Part shown: positions 21,249-32,550 of the stretch, piece after piece | How the letters are laid out: each line of letters starts with the position of its first letter | Numbering within the stretch: the first letter of the stretch is position 1 | Assembly (NCBI GenBank): GCA_902625715.1 | Contig: CACOCP010000002.1 | Location: forward strand, 13,575 to 77,574 | Length of the DNA: 64,000 bases | Direction of reading: 5' to 3' | DNA from: an uncultured Pelagibacteraceae bacterium | GTDB taxonomy: Bacteria > Pseudomonadota > Alphaproteobacteria > Pelagibacterales > Pelagibacteraceae | Notes under the pieces: generated by a model | What the model saw: the letters and a program-made list of their open reading frames with translations, nothing else | Database searches by the model: none | Told to the model about the DNA's origin: nothing | Translations under genes and position numbers: made by a program

Positions 21249-23311
21249 TAACCTTCTATTTTTGAAAAATTGAAATAGTTATCAAAATTTTTACATAACA
21301 TTGATAAAAGTTCTAGTCTGTTTTTTTTAATCGTTTCGTCATTATCGTTTACAATAACGTTTTCAAAAAAATCGTAAACTTCTGATTTGCAAAATGAAAG
21401 TATTTTTAAACTTTCTTCAAAATTTTCATCTCTACCTACACTTGAATAGTATTTTTTAATTTCGTGTATTTTTTTATAAAGATTTTTTTCATAATCATTT
21501 TTAAATAAACCTGGATCAACATTGCCATTAAAATTGGATAAACTTTTATTTTCGCTTAATAGAATACTTGCGGACCTTTTGTAAATAGCAACAACATCTT
21601 TCCCAAAATCTTTGTTTATGCTTTTATTTAAAACGTATGTTTTTTTATAAACTTTTAATAACTCATCAATTGAAAAATTATGACTTGCACTTTCTATAAT
21701 ATCATTTCTAATTTGTTTTTCTTTAAGATAATTATTTACCCTTTCATATAGAAAATGCCTAAGTTCTAAATTCAATTTCTTTAAATCAAATTCAAAGCCT
21801 TGTTCTTTGTAAAACATACAAGAATAATTAATTAAATCTCTAAGTTTTACTTTTAGGTTATTTTCAATTATCAATCGTACAACGCTGATTGCTGTTCTTC
21901 TTATGGCATAAGGATCTTTTGAGCTGGACGGCTTTAGATTAATTCCAAAAAAACCAACTAAAGAGTCAATTTTATCACTGAGTGATAAAGCAATACTATA
22001 AATTTTCTTTGGTAACTTACTATCCATACCAATAGGATAATAATGCTCTGCTACAGCTAGACTGACATCTTTTTCAAAGCCTTGTGTTTCTGCAAAGTAA
22101 CCTCCCATTACACCTTGAAGCTCAGGAAATTCACCAACTAAGTCAGACATTAAATCAACTTTACAAATTGTTGATGCGATTTCTATTTTTTCTTTACTAA
22201 TCATAAATTCATCAGATAATAGACCACTGAGTTTTCGCATTCTTTGAACCTTATCAAAATACGTTCCTAGACCTTTGAAGTAATTGACGTTTTTTAATTT
22301 TGTAACCTGCTTAACTAAATTTTGAGATTTGTTTTTATTCCAAAAAAATTCTGCATCACTCAATCTAGCATCAATAACTCTTTCATTTCCTGACTTAATA
22401 AGTCCTTTTTTATCGTTCGTATCTGAGATTACAAAAAATAAGTTTGTTAAATTTTCTTTTTTGTCAAAAGTCGGTATATATTTTTGGTGTGATTGCATTG
22501 TAATAATCAATATTTCTTTAGGTATGTTTAGAAATTTTTTATCAAACTCACAAATTAATACTTTCGGTTTTTCAACAATATTTGTGATTTCATTTAATAA
22601 ACTTTCACTTGTATTTATTAAAATATTTTTGTTATTTGATAACTTTTGTAATTCAGAATTTATGAAATCCTTCCTTTTTTCGTGGTCAATAATAACTCCT
22701 TTGGTTTTAAAAAATTTTAAATATTGGTCGAAGTTATTAAATGACTTAGTTTTTTCTTCTATATCTTTTTCTATAAAAGTGAGATTAGAACTTTTCAGGT
22801 GCTTAAAATCAAACTCAAGTTTTTTCCCATCAAATATTGATAAAATAGATTTCAATGGCCTACCCCAAAGAAGGGTATGTTCCCCCCATTTCATTGATTT
22901 TTCCCATGTAATTTTAAAGAGAATGTGAGGAAGATTTTCTCTCAACATGTTATAAAGACTTATCTTCTTTTGTGGCTTCTTATAAAAATAAAATTCTCCC
23001 TTTTCAGTTTTTTTTTTATATATCTTTTTTTTATTTATTTGATTAGAATTTAAAAAGCCGTCTAATGCTTTATCTGGTGCATTTATACTTGGACCTTTTA
23101 CCTCTTTAGATTTAAATAAAACTTCTTTTGGAAGGCCTTTAGCATTAATAGCAATCCTGTTTGGTGTTGAAAAAATTCTGATTTCACCTTTATATTTTAC
23201 ACCACGCTGTTCAAAAAAATTTGAAAGAATTTCTTTTAATTGTTCTCTTGCTTTGATTTGTAACTTTGCTGGAACTTCTTCGCTAAATAGTTCAATAAAT
23301 AATTCAGACAC
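21248..23311 (-). CDS. glyS: Glycyl-tRNA synthetase beta subunit
   Basis: ELFSEEVPA, EFPELQG, SKDPYAIRR; follows glyQ. Confidence 0.97.
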   Translation of the reverse strand: MSELFIELFSEEVPAKLQIKAREQLKEILSNFFEQRGVKYKGEIRIFSTPNRIAINAKGLPKEVLFKSKEVKGPSINAPDKALDGFLNSNQINKKKIYKKKTEKGEFYFYKKPQKKISLYNMLRENLPHILFKITWEKSMKWGEHTLLWGRPLKSILSIFDGKKLEFDFKHLKSSNLTFIEKDIEEKTKSFNNFDQYLKFFKTKGVIIDHEKRKDFINSELQKLSNNKNILINTSESLLNEITNIVEKPKVLICEFDKKFLNIPKEILIITMQSHQKYIPTFDKKENLTNLFFVISDTNDKKGLIKSGNERVIDARLSDAEFFWNKNKSQNLVKQVTKLKNVNYFKGLGTYFDKVQRMRKLSGLLSDEFMISKEKIEIASTICKVDLMSDLVGEFPELQGVMGGYFAETQGFEKDVSLAVAEHYYPIGMDSKLPKKIYSIALSLSDKIDSLVGFFGINLKPSSSKDPYAIRRTAISVVRLIIENNLKVKLRDLINYSCMFYKEQGFEFDLKKLNLELRHFLYERVNNYLKEKQIRNDIIESASHNFSIDELLKVYKKTYVLNKSINKDFGKDVVAIYKRSASILLSENKSLSNFNGNVDPGLFKNDYEKNLYKKIHEIKKYYSSVGRDENFEESLKILSFCKSEVYDFFENVIVNDNDETIKKNRLELLSMLCKNFDNYFNFSKIEG

Positions 23312-23312
23312 T

Positions 23313-24197
23313 TTAACTCTGACTTTCTATCCAAATTTTTCCAATCTCTTTGGTTAAATCTCGAATTCTTGAGATATATTCTGCTCGTTGCGCAACACTT
23401 ATAACGCCTCTGGAATCTAATATATTAAATACATGACTCGATTTTAAACATTGATCATAAGCAGGGAGAGAAATTTTATTTTCAATCATCGATCTTGCCT
23501 CACTTTCTAACATATCAAACATTTTAAAAAGTTTTTCAGTATTTGCATATTCAAAATTGTATGCTGAAAATTCCTTTTCAGCTTGATGGAAAACATCTTT
23601 ATAAAAGATTCCATCATTATTCCAATCAAGTTCAAAAACATTTTTTTTGTTTTGTATAAACATGCATAATCTTTCTAATCCATAAGTAATTTCAACAGAA
23701 ATAGGATCACATTCAACTCCTGCCATTTGTTGAAAGTAAGTAAACTGTGTTACTTCCATTCCATCACACCAGACTTCCCATCCAAGCCCAGCTGCTCCTA
23801 AAGTAGGGCTTTCCCAGTCGTCCTCTACAAATCTTATATCGTGCTCTTCGTGTTTTATTCCAATTGATGCAATGCTATTAAGATAAAGTTTTTTTATATT
23901 TTTTGGAGAAGGTTTTATTAATACTTGGAATTGATAATAGTGCTGGAGCCTATTTGGATTTTCTCCATATCTTCCATCTGTAGGTCTTCTAGATGGTTGA
24001 ACATACGCTGTTTTCCATGGCTTCTTTCCTAAAGATCTCAATGTTGTTGCTGGATGAAATGTTCCAGCTCCAACCTCAACATCATAGGGTTGTAAAATAA
24101 TACATCCCTGTTTTGCCCAAAATTTTTGTAAGCTAAATATTGTATCTTGAAATGATAAAATTCTTTCTTTTTTCAATTTCGGTCTTTTAGAAACCAT
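23313..24197 (-). CDS. glyQ: Glycyl-tRNA synthetase alpha subunit
   Basis: [31 protein letters not shown]. Confidence 0.99.
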   Translation of the reverse strand: MVSKRPKLKKERILSFQDTIFSLQKFWAKQGCIILQPYDVEVGAGTFHPATTLRSLGKKPWKTAYVQPSRRPTDGRYGENPNRLQHYYQFQVLIKPSPKNIKKLYLNSIASIGIKHEEHDIRFVEDDWESPTLGAAGLGWEVWCDGMEVTQFTYFQQMAGVECDPISVEITYGLERLCMFIQNKKNVFELDWNNDGIFYKDVFHQAEKEFSAYNFEYANTEKLFKMFDMLESEARSMIENKISLPAYDQCLKSSHVFNILDSRGVISVAQRAEYISRIRDLTKEIGKIWIESQS

Positions 24198-24996
24198 ATT
24201 TTTGCCAAATAGATCTTTCTTCGATCAAATTAAAAATTTTATCTGCTTGATTTTCTGAAGAAGATAATTTTTTTGCAAGCCATCCTTTACTTTTCTCAAA
24301 AATTTTCACTTCAACGTCTTCACCAAATTTTTCTCTTAGAATTTGTTCGGAATTACCTAACCCATCAACTAAACCAAGATCCTTAGATTTTTTTCCTGAC
24401 CAAAATTCTCCTGAAAATAATTCAACCCCAATATCTTTTTTCAACTTTGTCTTTCTACTTTCCTCAACCACATTAATAAATTCTTGATGAAGTTCTAATT
24501 GTATATTCTTTAACCTTTTTATATCTTCTTCTTTTTCATCAAGGAATGGATCGAGTGTGCTTTTATTTTTTCCAGCTGTATAAACTCTTCTTTGAACACC
24601 AATTTTTTGTATAAGATCTTTAAATCCGAATGAAGAATAGATAACGCCAATAGAACCAATTATTGAACTAGGATTAGCATATATTTCATCTCCAGAACAA
24701 GCAATTAAGTAGCCGCCAGAAGCCGCAACATCCTCTGCAAATACAATCACTTTTTTTTTATATTTGTCTGCCTGATTTCTAATTAGTTTATAAATTAAGT
24801 GTGACTGTACTGGTGACCCGCCTGGAGAATTAATTGTGATTGCTACTGCTTGGGCTTTTTTCAATGAAAAAGCTTTTTTTATAATTTCCTCTTGGCTCGA
24901 ATAATCAATCCCTTGTTTAAATTTTCCAACATTTCCAATAACACCAGATAGCCTGATATGGCTAACAATTTTTTTTTTTTTGAAAAAGGAAAACAT
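24187..24996 (-). CDS. S49 family peptidase (SppA/SohB-like)
   Basis: [22 protein letters not shown] motifs. Confidence 0.92.
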   Translation of the reverse strand: MFSFFKKKKIVSHIRLSGVIGNVGKFKQGIDYSSQEEIIKKAFSLKKAQAVAITINSPGGSPVQSHLIYKLIRNQADKYKKKVIVFAEDVAASGGYLIACSGDEIYANPSSIIGSIGVIYSSFGFKDLIQKIGVQRRVYTAGKNKSTLDPFLDEKEEDIKRLKNIQLELHQEFINVVEESRKTKLKKDIGVELFSGEFWSGKKSKDLGLVDGLGNSEQILREKFGEDVEVKIFEKSKGWLAKKLSSSENQADKIFNLIEERSIWQKYGF

Positions 24997-25105
24997 AAAT
25001 ATGCTTATTAAAAATTTAGATATTAATAAAGCATACTTATAGTTGAAGAAATAGGTGCGTCAATTGATAAGTATTATAATAAACTTAATGTAATATTTTC
25101 GATTT

Positions 25106-26119
25106 ATGGGATCTGTAGTTCAATTAAAAAAGACGATTAACAACTCATATTCGGATTTACTTAAGTCTGTCGAGGATAAACTTATATTGGTCAATGAAAA
25201 AATATCATCAAAATTAACAAGTAAAGTTGATTTAATTCAAAATATGACAGACTATCATTTGAATACAGGTGGTAAGAAATTAAGAGCTCTTTTAACTTTA
25301 TCTAGCTCAAAACTTTGTGGATACTCAAAAGGTGGTAGAGATATAAACCTTGCAGCATGTGTAGAATTAATTCACGCTGCAACTTTGATGCATGATGATG
25401 TTATTGATAATGCACTGGTTAGAAGAAATAAAGAAACACTGAATACTATCTGGGGAAATAAATCCTCTATTTTAGTTGGAGATTATCTACTGAGCAGATG
25501 TTTCGAAATGATGGTAGAAGATGGGAGCCTAGAAATTTTAAAACTTCTTTCCTCCACCTCATCAGAAATTGCACAAGGAGAGGTGTTACAACTTCAGCAT
25601 CATGGAGAAATAGATATGCTAGAAGAAACATACCTAAAAATTATTTCTTTGAAAACTGCAGCACTTTTTTCAGCATCTACTAAAGTTGGGGCAATATTGG
25701 CGAATAGAGATAATAAATATAAAGAAGCTTTAGAGTTTTATGGAAAAAATTTAGGTCTTACATTTCAAATAGCAGACGATGCTTTAGATTATAATTCTGA
25801 GCTTAAATTATTTGGAAAAAAAATAGGTAATGATTTTTATGAGGGAAAAATTACTTTACCAATAATTTTGTTATATCAAAGGTGTTCAAGTGAAGAAAAA
25901 AAATATCTGAAAAATTTGTTTGAAAAACAAAATAGAAATGAAAATGATTTAAGAAATACTCTTGAAAAAATAAAAAAATATAAAATTATTAATGAATGCT
26001 ATAAAAAAGCCGAATATTTTATAAACTTAGCATCTAACTCATTATCAATCTTCGAGGAGAACCAAGATAAAAATATTCTTAAAAATCTGACATCATTTAG
26101 TTTAGAAAGAAATTTTTAA
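25106..26119 (+). CDS. ispB: Long-chain polyprenyl diphosphate synthase
   Basis: GGKKLR, HDDVID, FQIADD motifs. Confidence 0.9.
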   Translation: MGSVVQLKKTINNSYSDLLKSVEDKLILVNEKISSKLTSKVDLIQNMTDYHLNTGGKKLRALLTLSSSKLCGYSKGGRDINLAACVELIHAATLMHDDVIDNALVRRNKETLNTIWGNKSSILVGDYLLSRCFEMMVEDGSLEILKLLSSTSSEIAQGEVLQLQHHGEIDMLEETYLKIISLKTAALFSASTKVGAILANRDNKYKEALEFYGKNLGLTFQIADDALDYNSELKLFGKKIGNDFYEGKITLPIILLYQRCSSEEKKYLKNLFEKQNRNENDLRNTLEKIKKYKIINECYKKAEYFINLASNSLSIFEENQDKNILKNLTSFSLERNF

Positions 26120-26739
26120 GGAGATAATAAAATCTTTTTCCAATCGTTTTTTTCTTTAATATATTTCAGTCTCTCGTGTATTCTAAATTCACCATCTAGC
26201 CAGAATTCAACTGATCTTGGCTTTAACCGCCATCCTGACCAATGTTTTGGTCTGGGAACATTATTTTGTTCAGGATATTTGGATTTAAAGTTTCTAATTG
26301 AGTCTGTAAGTTCTTTTCGATTTGAAATTTCTGAACTTTGATTTGATGCCCAAGCACCGATTCTGCTTTCATATTTTCTAGAGGAATAATATTCGTCTGC
26401 CTCAATATCAGAAACTTGTTCAGCTGCACCTTCGATCCTTATTTGCCTAAGTAAACTTTTCCAATGAAAACACATCGATATATTTGGATTTTTTTTAATA
26501 GCTAATCCTTTAGCACTGTTAAAATTTGTATAAAAAACAAACCCTGTTTCATTAAAATCTTTTAACAAAACCATTCTGACCGAGGTGTATCCACGGTCAT
26601 CTGATGTGCCTAGTGCAACTGCATTTGGGTCATTTAACTCTGTTTTTTTCGCTTCATCAAACCATTCCTTAAATAATTCAAATGGATTATTTTTTTCACC
26701 AAAACATATATCTAGACCAAAAGAGTTTTTTTCGTTCAT
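26116..26739 (-). CDS. pdxH: Pyridoxamine 5'-phosphate oxidase
   Basis: RMVLLK, FVFYTN, SRIGAWAS, EFW..RIHER; start set at MNEKN to avoid overlap with aroC. Confidence 0.95.
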   Translation of the reverse strand: MNEKNSFGLDICFGEKNNPFELFKEWFDEAKKTELNDPNAVALGTSDDRGYTSVRMVLLKDFNETGFVFYTNFNSAKGLAIKKNPNISMCFHWKSLLRQIRIEGAAEQVSDIEADEYYSSRKYESRIGAWASNQSSEISNRKELTDSIRNFKSKYPEQNNVPRPKHWSGWRLKPRSVEFWLDGEFRIHERLKYIKEKNDWKKILLSP

Positions 26740-26771
26740 AATTTTAACAAAATAACTTATATAATAATTAT

Positions 26772-27857
26772 ATGTCATTTAATACCTTTGGGAAAATATT
26801 TAGATTCACAACGTGGGGAGAGTCTCATGGACCAGCAATTGGATGTGTAGTCGATGGTTGCCCGCCCAATATCAAAATAAGTATTGACGAAATTCAGAAA
26901 GATTTAAATAAAAGAAAACCTGGTCAATCAAAATTTACAACTCAAAGAAAAGAAGATGATAGAGTTGAAATTTTATCAGGTATTTTTGAAGGTAAAACAA
27001 CTGGAACTCCAATTTCAATGATAATTTATAATAAAGATATGAGATCTAAAGACTATGGAAATATTAAAGATAAATTTAGGCCAGGACATGCAGATTTTAC
27101 CTATTTTAAAAAATATGGAATTAGAGATTATAGAGGAGGTGGAAGACAATCTGCAAGAGAGACAGCCTCTAGGGTTGCAGCAGGAGGTATAGCAAAACAA
27201 ATATTAAAATTTATTCTAGGAAAAAAATATGATGTTGTTGGAGGAGTGACTCAATTAGGAATCTTAGGATCTAATCCAAAAAATTGGAACGAAAAATTTA
27301 TCAAAAAAAATCAATTATTTTGTCCAGACAAATCTGTGCTTAAGCTTTGGGAAAAATATTTACTTAGTATAAGAAAAGCAGGATCATCTTGTGGTGCAAT
27401 TATTGAAATTAGAGCTAAGGGAGTACCTGTAGGATTAGGCGCGCCAATTTATTCAAAATTAGATATGGACCTTGCATCAGCTATGATGAGCATCAATGCT
27501 GTAAAGGGAGTAAACATAGGATCTGGAATGAATTCTGCTCAATTGACAGGTGAAGAAAATTCAGATGAAATTAATCAAAGAGGCAAATTTACAAAATTCA
27601 ATTCGAACAATGCTGGTGGTATTTTGGGTGGGATATCAAGTGGTCAGGATATAATTGTATCATTTGCGGTCAAACCTACTTCATCAATATTATCTAATAG
27701 AAAAACAATTGATAAGTTTGGGAAAAATACAACTATATCTGTTAAAGGCCGACATGATCCTTGTGTAGGGATAAGAGCTGTTCCTATAGGAGAGGCCATG
27801 ATGCATTGTGTAATACTTGATCACTACTTGCTAAATAAAGCTCAATGTGGAAACTAA
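26772..27857 (+). CDS. aroC: Chorismate synthase
   Basis: GESHG, RPGHAD, SARETA, GRHDPCV. Confidence 0.99.
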   Translation: MSFNTFGKIFRFTTWGESHGPAIGCVVDGCPPNIKISIDEIQKDLNKRKPGQSKFTTQRKEDDRVEILSGIFEGKTTGTPISMIIYNKDMRSKDYGNIKDKFRPGHADFTYFKKYGIRDYRGGGRQSARETASRVAAGGIAKQILKFILGKKYDVVGGVTQLGILGSNPKNWNEKFIKKNQLFCPDKSVLKLWEKYLLSIRKAGSSCGAIIEIRAKGVPVGLGAPIYSKLDMDLASAMMSINAVKGVNIGSGMNSAQLTGEENSDEINQRGKFTKFNSNNAGGILGGISSGQDIIVSFAVKPTSSILSNRKTIDKFGKNTTISVKGRHDPCVGIRAVPIGEAMMHCVILDHYLLNKAQCGN

Positions 27858-29764
27858 TTAATCTTTTTTACTATTACTTTTGAGTTTAAAACTTCTAGTA
27901 CTTTATTTTCAATAGATAAAGCATCTAGTCCAGCAGATTTATACATATTTTCGGGCTTATCTTGATCTATAAACTTGTCCGGGAGTATCATTGATCTTAA
28001 TTTAAGATTTGAATCTAAAAGATTTTTATCATTTAGAAAATTACTTACATGTGCGCCAAAACCACCTATAGATCCTTCTTCAATTGTAATTAGCACCTCA
28101 TGATTTGTTGCTAATTGCCAAATTAAATTTTCATCAAGAGGTTTGGCAAAACGTGCATCTACGATAGTTGCATTAACTCCTTTTTTTCTCAGATTTTCTT
28201 CAGCAATTAAACATTCATTTAATCTTGCTCCAAAATTCAAAATAGCAATTTTCTTTCCTTCTCTTACAACTTTTGCTTTTCCAATTTGGATTTTCTCACT
28301 TATATCAGGTAACTGAACTCCAGTGCCATTTCCTCTGGGATATCTAAATGCACATGGTTTGTCATTAATTTCTACAGATGTGTTTATCATTTTTACCAAT
28401 TCTGCCTCATCGCTGGCTGCCATAACAATAAAATTTGGCAGAGTAGCCAGATATGTTATATCAAAAGATCCAGCATGAGTTGGGCCATCTGCTCCCACCA
28501 GACCTGCTCTATCTATTGCAAATCTTACTGGTAAACTTTGAATTGCCACATCATGTACCACTTGGTCATAAGCTCTCTGTAAAAAAGTAGAATATATTGA
28601 TGCATAAGGCTTATAACCTTCTGTTGCTAGACCGGCAGCAAAAGTTACCGCATGTTGTTCTGCTATTCCCACATCAAACATTCTATTAGGAAATTTATTT
28701 CCAAAAATATCCATTCCTGTACCTGAAGGCATAGCGGCAGTTATACCAATTATTTTGCTGTCATTTTCAGCATGCTTAACAAGAGTATTTGCATATACTT
28801 TTGTGTAAGATGGCACTTTTGAATCGCTTTTTTGCTGTATGCCTGTTTTTATATTAAACTTAGATACCCCATGATATTTGTCCTCTGACTTTTCTGCGAA
28901 ACTGTAACCTTTCCCTTTTTGTGTTTTAATATGAATTAATATTGGTCCTTTGTGTTTTGACTCTTTTGCATTTTTTAAAACAGGTAGCAAAACATCCAAA
29001 TCGTGTCCATCTATTGGGCCAATGTAATAAAATCCTAATGAATTAAACAAAGTTCCACCAGTAACAACTGATCTAAGAAAATCTTCTGCTTCGCCAGCTT
29101 TTTTACTAAATCTTTTTGAAAATGATGAAAAAATTAATTTTAATGTTTCTCTAAAGTTAAAATAAATTTTTCCTGAAAAAATTTTTGCTAGATAAGATTT
29201 CATTGCACCAACGGGTTTTGCAATCGACATATCATTATCATTTAAAATAACTATCATTTTTGTTTTTGATGCACCGGCATTATTCATAGCTTCATATGCC
29301 ATTCCAGCACTCATTGCTCCATCTCCTATTACAGCAACTACCTCTTCTGATTTATTTGAAAGTTTATTTGCAGTTGCTATTCCTAATCCAGCAGATATTG
29401 ATGTCGAGCTGTGCGCTGCACCAAATGGATCAAACTCACTTTCTGATCTTTTTGTAAAACCCGATAAACCATTGCCTTGTCTAAGAGTTTTAATCTTATC
29501 TTTTCTTCCAGTTAATATTTTATGAGGATAAGATTGATGACCAACATCCCAAATAATTTTATCTTTTGGTGTGTCAAAAACATAATGTAAAGCTACTGTT
29601 AACTCTACAACTCCAAGGCCCGCACCTAAATGACCGCCAGTTTCTGATACCGCATTTATCATTTCCTCCCTTAACTCATCCTTAAGTATTTTAAGTTCAG
29701 AATTATTCAACCGTTTCAAATCTGTTGGAAAATTAATTTTATTTAAGAATTTTGTTTTGCTCAT
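27854..29764 (-). CDS. dxs: 1-deoxy-D-xylulose-5-phosphate synthase
   Basis: [32 protein letters not shown]. Confidence 0.99.
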   Translation of the reverse strand: MSKTKFLNKINFPTDLKRLNNSELKILKDELREEMINAVSETGGHLGAGLGVVELTVALHYVFDTPKDKIIWDVGHQSYPHKILTGRKDKIKTLRQGNGLSGFTKRSESEFDPFGAAHSSTSISAGLGIATANKLSNKSEEVVAVIGDGAMSAGMAYEAMNNAGASKTKMIVILNDNDMSIAKPVGAMKSYLAKIFSGKIYFNFRETLKLIFSSFSKRFSKKAGEAEDFLRSVVTGGTLFNSLGFYYIGPIDGHDLDVLLPVLKNAKESKHKGPILIHIKTQKGKGYSFAEKSEDKYHGVSKFNIKTGIQQKSDSKVPSYTKVYANTLVKHAENDSKIIGITAAMPSGTGMDIFGNKFPNRMFDVGIAEQHAVTFAAGLATEGYKPYASIYSTFLQRAYDQVVHDVAIQSLPVRFAIDRAGLVGADGPTHAGSFDITYLATLPNFIVMAASDEAELVKMINTSVEINDKPCAFRYPRGNGTGVQLPDISEKIQIGKAKVVREGKKIAILNFGARLNECLIAEENLRKKGVNATIVDARFAKPLDENLIWQLATNHEVLITIEEGSIGGFGAHVSNFLNDKNLLDSNLKLRSMILPDKFIDQDKPENMYKSAGLDALSIENKVLEVLNSKVIVKKIN

Positions 29765-30634
29765 TTACTTATTTCTATTTAAAATATATTTAACAGATGC
29801 CTTTAAATTATTAGAATTTTTACCATATTTTTTTAATGTAGCAAAAATTTCTTCTTTAAGAATATTGGCATAATTGATTGAATTTTGTTGTCCTAAAACG
29901 CTAATAATAGTTGCCTTACCCCTCGCTAAATCTTTTTGAGTTTTTTTACCGGCAATTTGCATATTTCCATTATAATCAATTAAATCATCAGCAATTTGAA
30001 ATAAAAGTCCAATTTTTTCTCCTATTTTTTCAAATTTTTTTATTTCTTTAAATTTTCCAGAAACAATAACTGGTGCCAAACAACAAAAAGAAAATAATTT
30101 ACCAGTTTTTTTAATTTGCATATCTATAATTTTATTTAGTGATATTTTTTTTTTTTCAAAATTTAAATCTGAAAACTGTCCTCCAGCCACACCTTCATGA
30201 CCAGAACATTTTGATATAGAATTAATTAATAAATTTTTTTTTTTATCATTTATTTTTAAAATTTTATCTGACAAAATTTCAAAGGCTAAGGTTAGAAGGG
30301 AATTCCCTGCTAAAACCGCGGTAGATTCACCAAATTTTTTATGCGTACTTAATTTTCCCCTTCTAAAATCGTCATCATCCATGCAAGGCAAATCATCATG
30401 AATAAGTGAATAAGCATGTATGCACTCAACTGCAGCTCCAATATGGATTACATATCTATAATTTATTTTAAATATACTTCCAATATCATAAATTATTTTT
30501 GATCTTATCTTCTTACCGCCTGAAAATAAGCCATAAGACATTGGTTTAATTAAATCAGTTTTATTTTGTTTTTTTAAAAATTTTATAAGAAAATTATTTG
30601 TATCTATTGCAATTTTATTTAATCTTTTTTGCAT
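29765..30634 (-). CDS. ispA: Farnesyl diphosphate synthase
   Basis: HDDLPCMDDDDFRRG, FQIADD; xseB-ispA-dxs synteny; start set at MQKRL. Confidence 0.93.
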   Translation of the reverse strand: MQKRLNKIAIDTNNFLIKFLKKQNKTDLIKPMSYGLFSGGKKIRSKIIYDIGSIFKINYRYVIHIGAAVECIHAYSLIHDDLPCMDDDDFRRGKLSTHKKFGESTAVLAGNSLLTLAFEILSDKILKINDKKKNLLINSISKCSGHEGVAGGQFSDLNFEKKKISLNKIIDMQIKKTGKLFSFCCLAPVIVSGKFKEIKKFEKIGEKIGLLFQIADDLIDYNGNMQIAGKKTQKDLARGKATIISVLGQQNSINYANILKEEIFATLKKYGKNSNNLKASVKYILNRNK

Positions 30635-30866
30635 TTTTAATCGATATTTCGTTGATTTTAAATTTTGCTGACTCTGAAATTTCTTTAGAGGATTTTTGGA
30701 ATTTTTTTTCAATTAAATTGTTTAATCTAATAAGTTTTTGATATTCATCTAGTGACTCTTCTAAATTTTTTTGATTTTCTAAATTTTGAATAATTTTATT
30801 AGCAATTTCTGTTAACTCATTCAAAGTTTTTGAATTAATATCATCTGGCAAATTTTTTTCATTCAT
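30615..30866 (-). CDS. xseB: Exodeoxyribonuclease VII small subunit (divergent)
   Basis: Short helical protein with LEESLDEY motif, upstream of ispA. Confidence 0.7.
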   Translation of the reverse strand: MNEKNLPDDINSKTLNELTEIANKIIQNLENQKNLEESLDEYQKLIRLNNLIEKKFQKSSKEISESAKFKINEISIKNAKKIK

Positions 30867-30886
30867 ATAATAGTTGGTAATATTAT

Positions 30887-31816
30887 ATGAATATCAATCT
30901 TTCAAATATTAAAAAAGCAGTAAAATATCTCAATAAAAATGAGTGTATTGGAATTCCTACAGAGACAGTTTATGGTTTAGCAGCGAACGCTTACTCAGAT
31001 AAAGCAACAGATAAGATTTTTAAATTAAAAAAAAGACCAAGAAAAAATCCTCTTATTGTTCATTATTATAATTTAAAAGATCTAAAAAATGATTGTAAAA
31101 TTGACAATCAATTTTTAAGTCTATATTCAAAGTTTTGTCCTGGACCAATAACCTTTGTTTTGAAGTTAAAAGAAAAAAGTAAAATTTCAAATAATGTTAC
31201 TAATAATAAAAGTACTATTGCAGTTCGCTTCCCAAAACACAAAGTTGCTAGAAAACTATTAAAAAATTTAAATTTTCCTTTAGCTGCACCAAGTGCTAAT
31301 ATTTCTAAGAGTATTAGTGCTGTATGTAAAACCGATGTGATTGAAGAGTTTGGGAATAAAATCAAATTTGTCTTAGATGGTGGGAAGTCAAAAGAGGGTC
31401 TAGAATCTACAATAGTTAGTTTAGTAGGTAATCAAAAAATATTAAGATTAGGTAGCCTAGACAGAAGTAAAATAGAAAAATATTTAATTAAAAAAAAAAC
31501 TAACAAAAAAAAAAATATAGTAATGCCCGGGCAAGGAAGAATTCACTACTCACCGGGATTGCCTATAAGACTAAATATTAAAAGACCAAAAAAATTTGAA
31601 GCTTTCTTATTAATTTCAAAAAGAATTAAATTAAATAAAAATTTTTTTTACCTAAGTAAAAATAAAAATTTAAAGGAAGTAGCGAGAAATTTATATAAAA
31701 CATTAAGAAAAGTTAAAAAAAAAGGTTTTAAACAAATCTCTATCGAGAAAATTCCTAATCGAGGTATCGGTGAGGCAATTAATGATAGATTGTTACGGGC
31801 AGCTGTAAAAAAATGA
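30887..31816 (+). CDS. sua5: Threonylcarbamoyl-AMP synthase (Sua5/TsaC)
   Basis: PTETVYGL, KKRP..NPLIVH, AAPSAN, PG...HYSP, AINDRL. Confidence 0.95.
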   Translation: MNINLSNIKKAVKYLNKNECIGIPTETVYGLAANAYSDKATDKIFKLKKRPRKNPLIVHYYNLKDLKNDCKIDNQFLSLYSKFCPGPITFVLKLKEKSKISNNVTNNKSTIAVRFPKHKVARKLLKNLNFPLAAPSANISKSISAVCKTDVIEEFGNKIKFVLDGGKSKEGLESTIVSLVGNQKILRLGSLDRSKIEKYLIKKKTNKKKNIVMPGQGRIHYSPGLPIRLNIKRPKKFEAFLLISKRIKLNKNFFYLSKNKNLKEVARNLYKTLRKVKKKGFKQISIEKIPNRGIGEAINDRLLRAAVKK

Positions 31817-32550
31817 AAACTTTAGTTGAAGTACAAAATCTAAAAAAAAACTATGGTGATAAGCAAGCTGTAAAATCAATATCATTTAAAATAAATGAAA
31901 ATGAAATTTTAGGCCTTTTAGGCCCAAATGGTTCTGGAAAAACAACTACTATTGGTATGATGTTAGGTTTACTAAAACCAACAAGTGGAGAAATTTTAAT
32001 TGAGGGCGATAAAATAGAGGAAGATAGAATTAAAATACTTCAAAAAATTAATTTCATATCCCCCTATATTGAACTTCCAAAAAAATTAACTGTGAAACAA
32101 AATTTAATTGTCTTTGGAAAACTTTATAAAATTAAAAATTTAAATGATAGAATTGACTACCTAACATCAAAACTTCGTTTAAGTGATATACTAAACCGAA
32201 TAACTGGTGAACTTTCATCTGGACAAAAAAATAGAGCGAGTTTAGCAAAATCATTAATAAATGATCCTAAGGTGCTATTATTAGATGAGCCTACAGCATC
32301 TCTAGATCCAGAAATTGGTGATTTTATAAGATCTTTTTTAGAAGATTATAAGAAAGAAAAAAAAATATCTATTTTGCTTGCTTCACATAACATGAATGAA
32401 GTCACTAGATTATGCAAATCAATTTTGATGATGAAAGATGGGATAATTGTTGACAGTGGGAGTCCTGCTAGCCTTATAGAGAAACATGGTAGAAAAAATT
32501 TAGAGGAAGTATTTTTAAAACTTTCAAGGAGACCTAATGAGCATAATTAA
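31813..32550 (+). CDS. ABC-2 type exporter, ATP-binding subunit
   Basis: GPNGSGKT, LSSGQ, LLLDEPT. Confidence 0.93.
   Translation: MKTLVEVQNLKKNYGDKQAVKSISFKINENEILGLLGPNGSGKTTTIGMMLGLLKPTSGEILIEGDKIEEDRIKILQKINFISPYIELPKKLTVKQNLIVFGKLYKIKNLNDRIDYLTSKLRLSDILNRITGELSSGQKNRASLAKSLINDPKVLLLDEPTASLDPEIGDFIRSFLEDYKKEKKISILLASHNMNEVTRLCKSILMMKDGIIVDSGSPASLIEKHGRKNLEEVFLKLSRRPNEHN

Noticed and set aside
22329-22928. 199-aa ORF antisense to glyS, and similar antisense ORFs within tolA, folP, gap, pntA and purA
   Set aside because: F/S/L/I-rich mirror of K/E-rich sense codons; entirely nested in core genes
30635-30712. Long 5' extensions in the ORF track for ispA, pdxH and degP creating large overlaps
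   Set aside because: Artefacts of longest-ORF calling; downstream ATGs match family N-termini and remove most of the overlap
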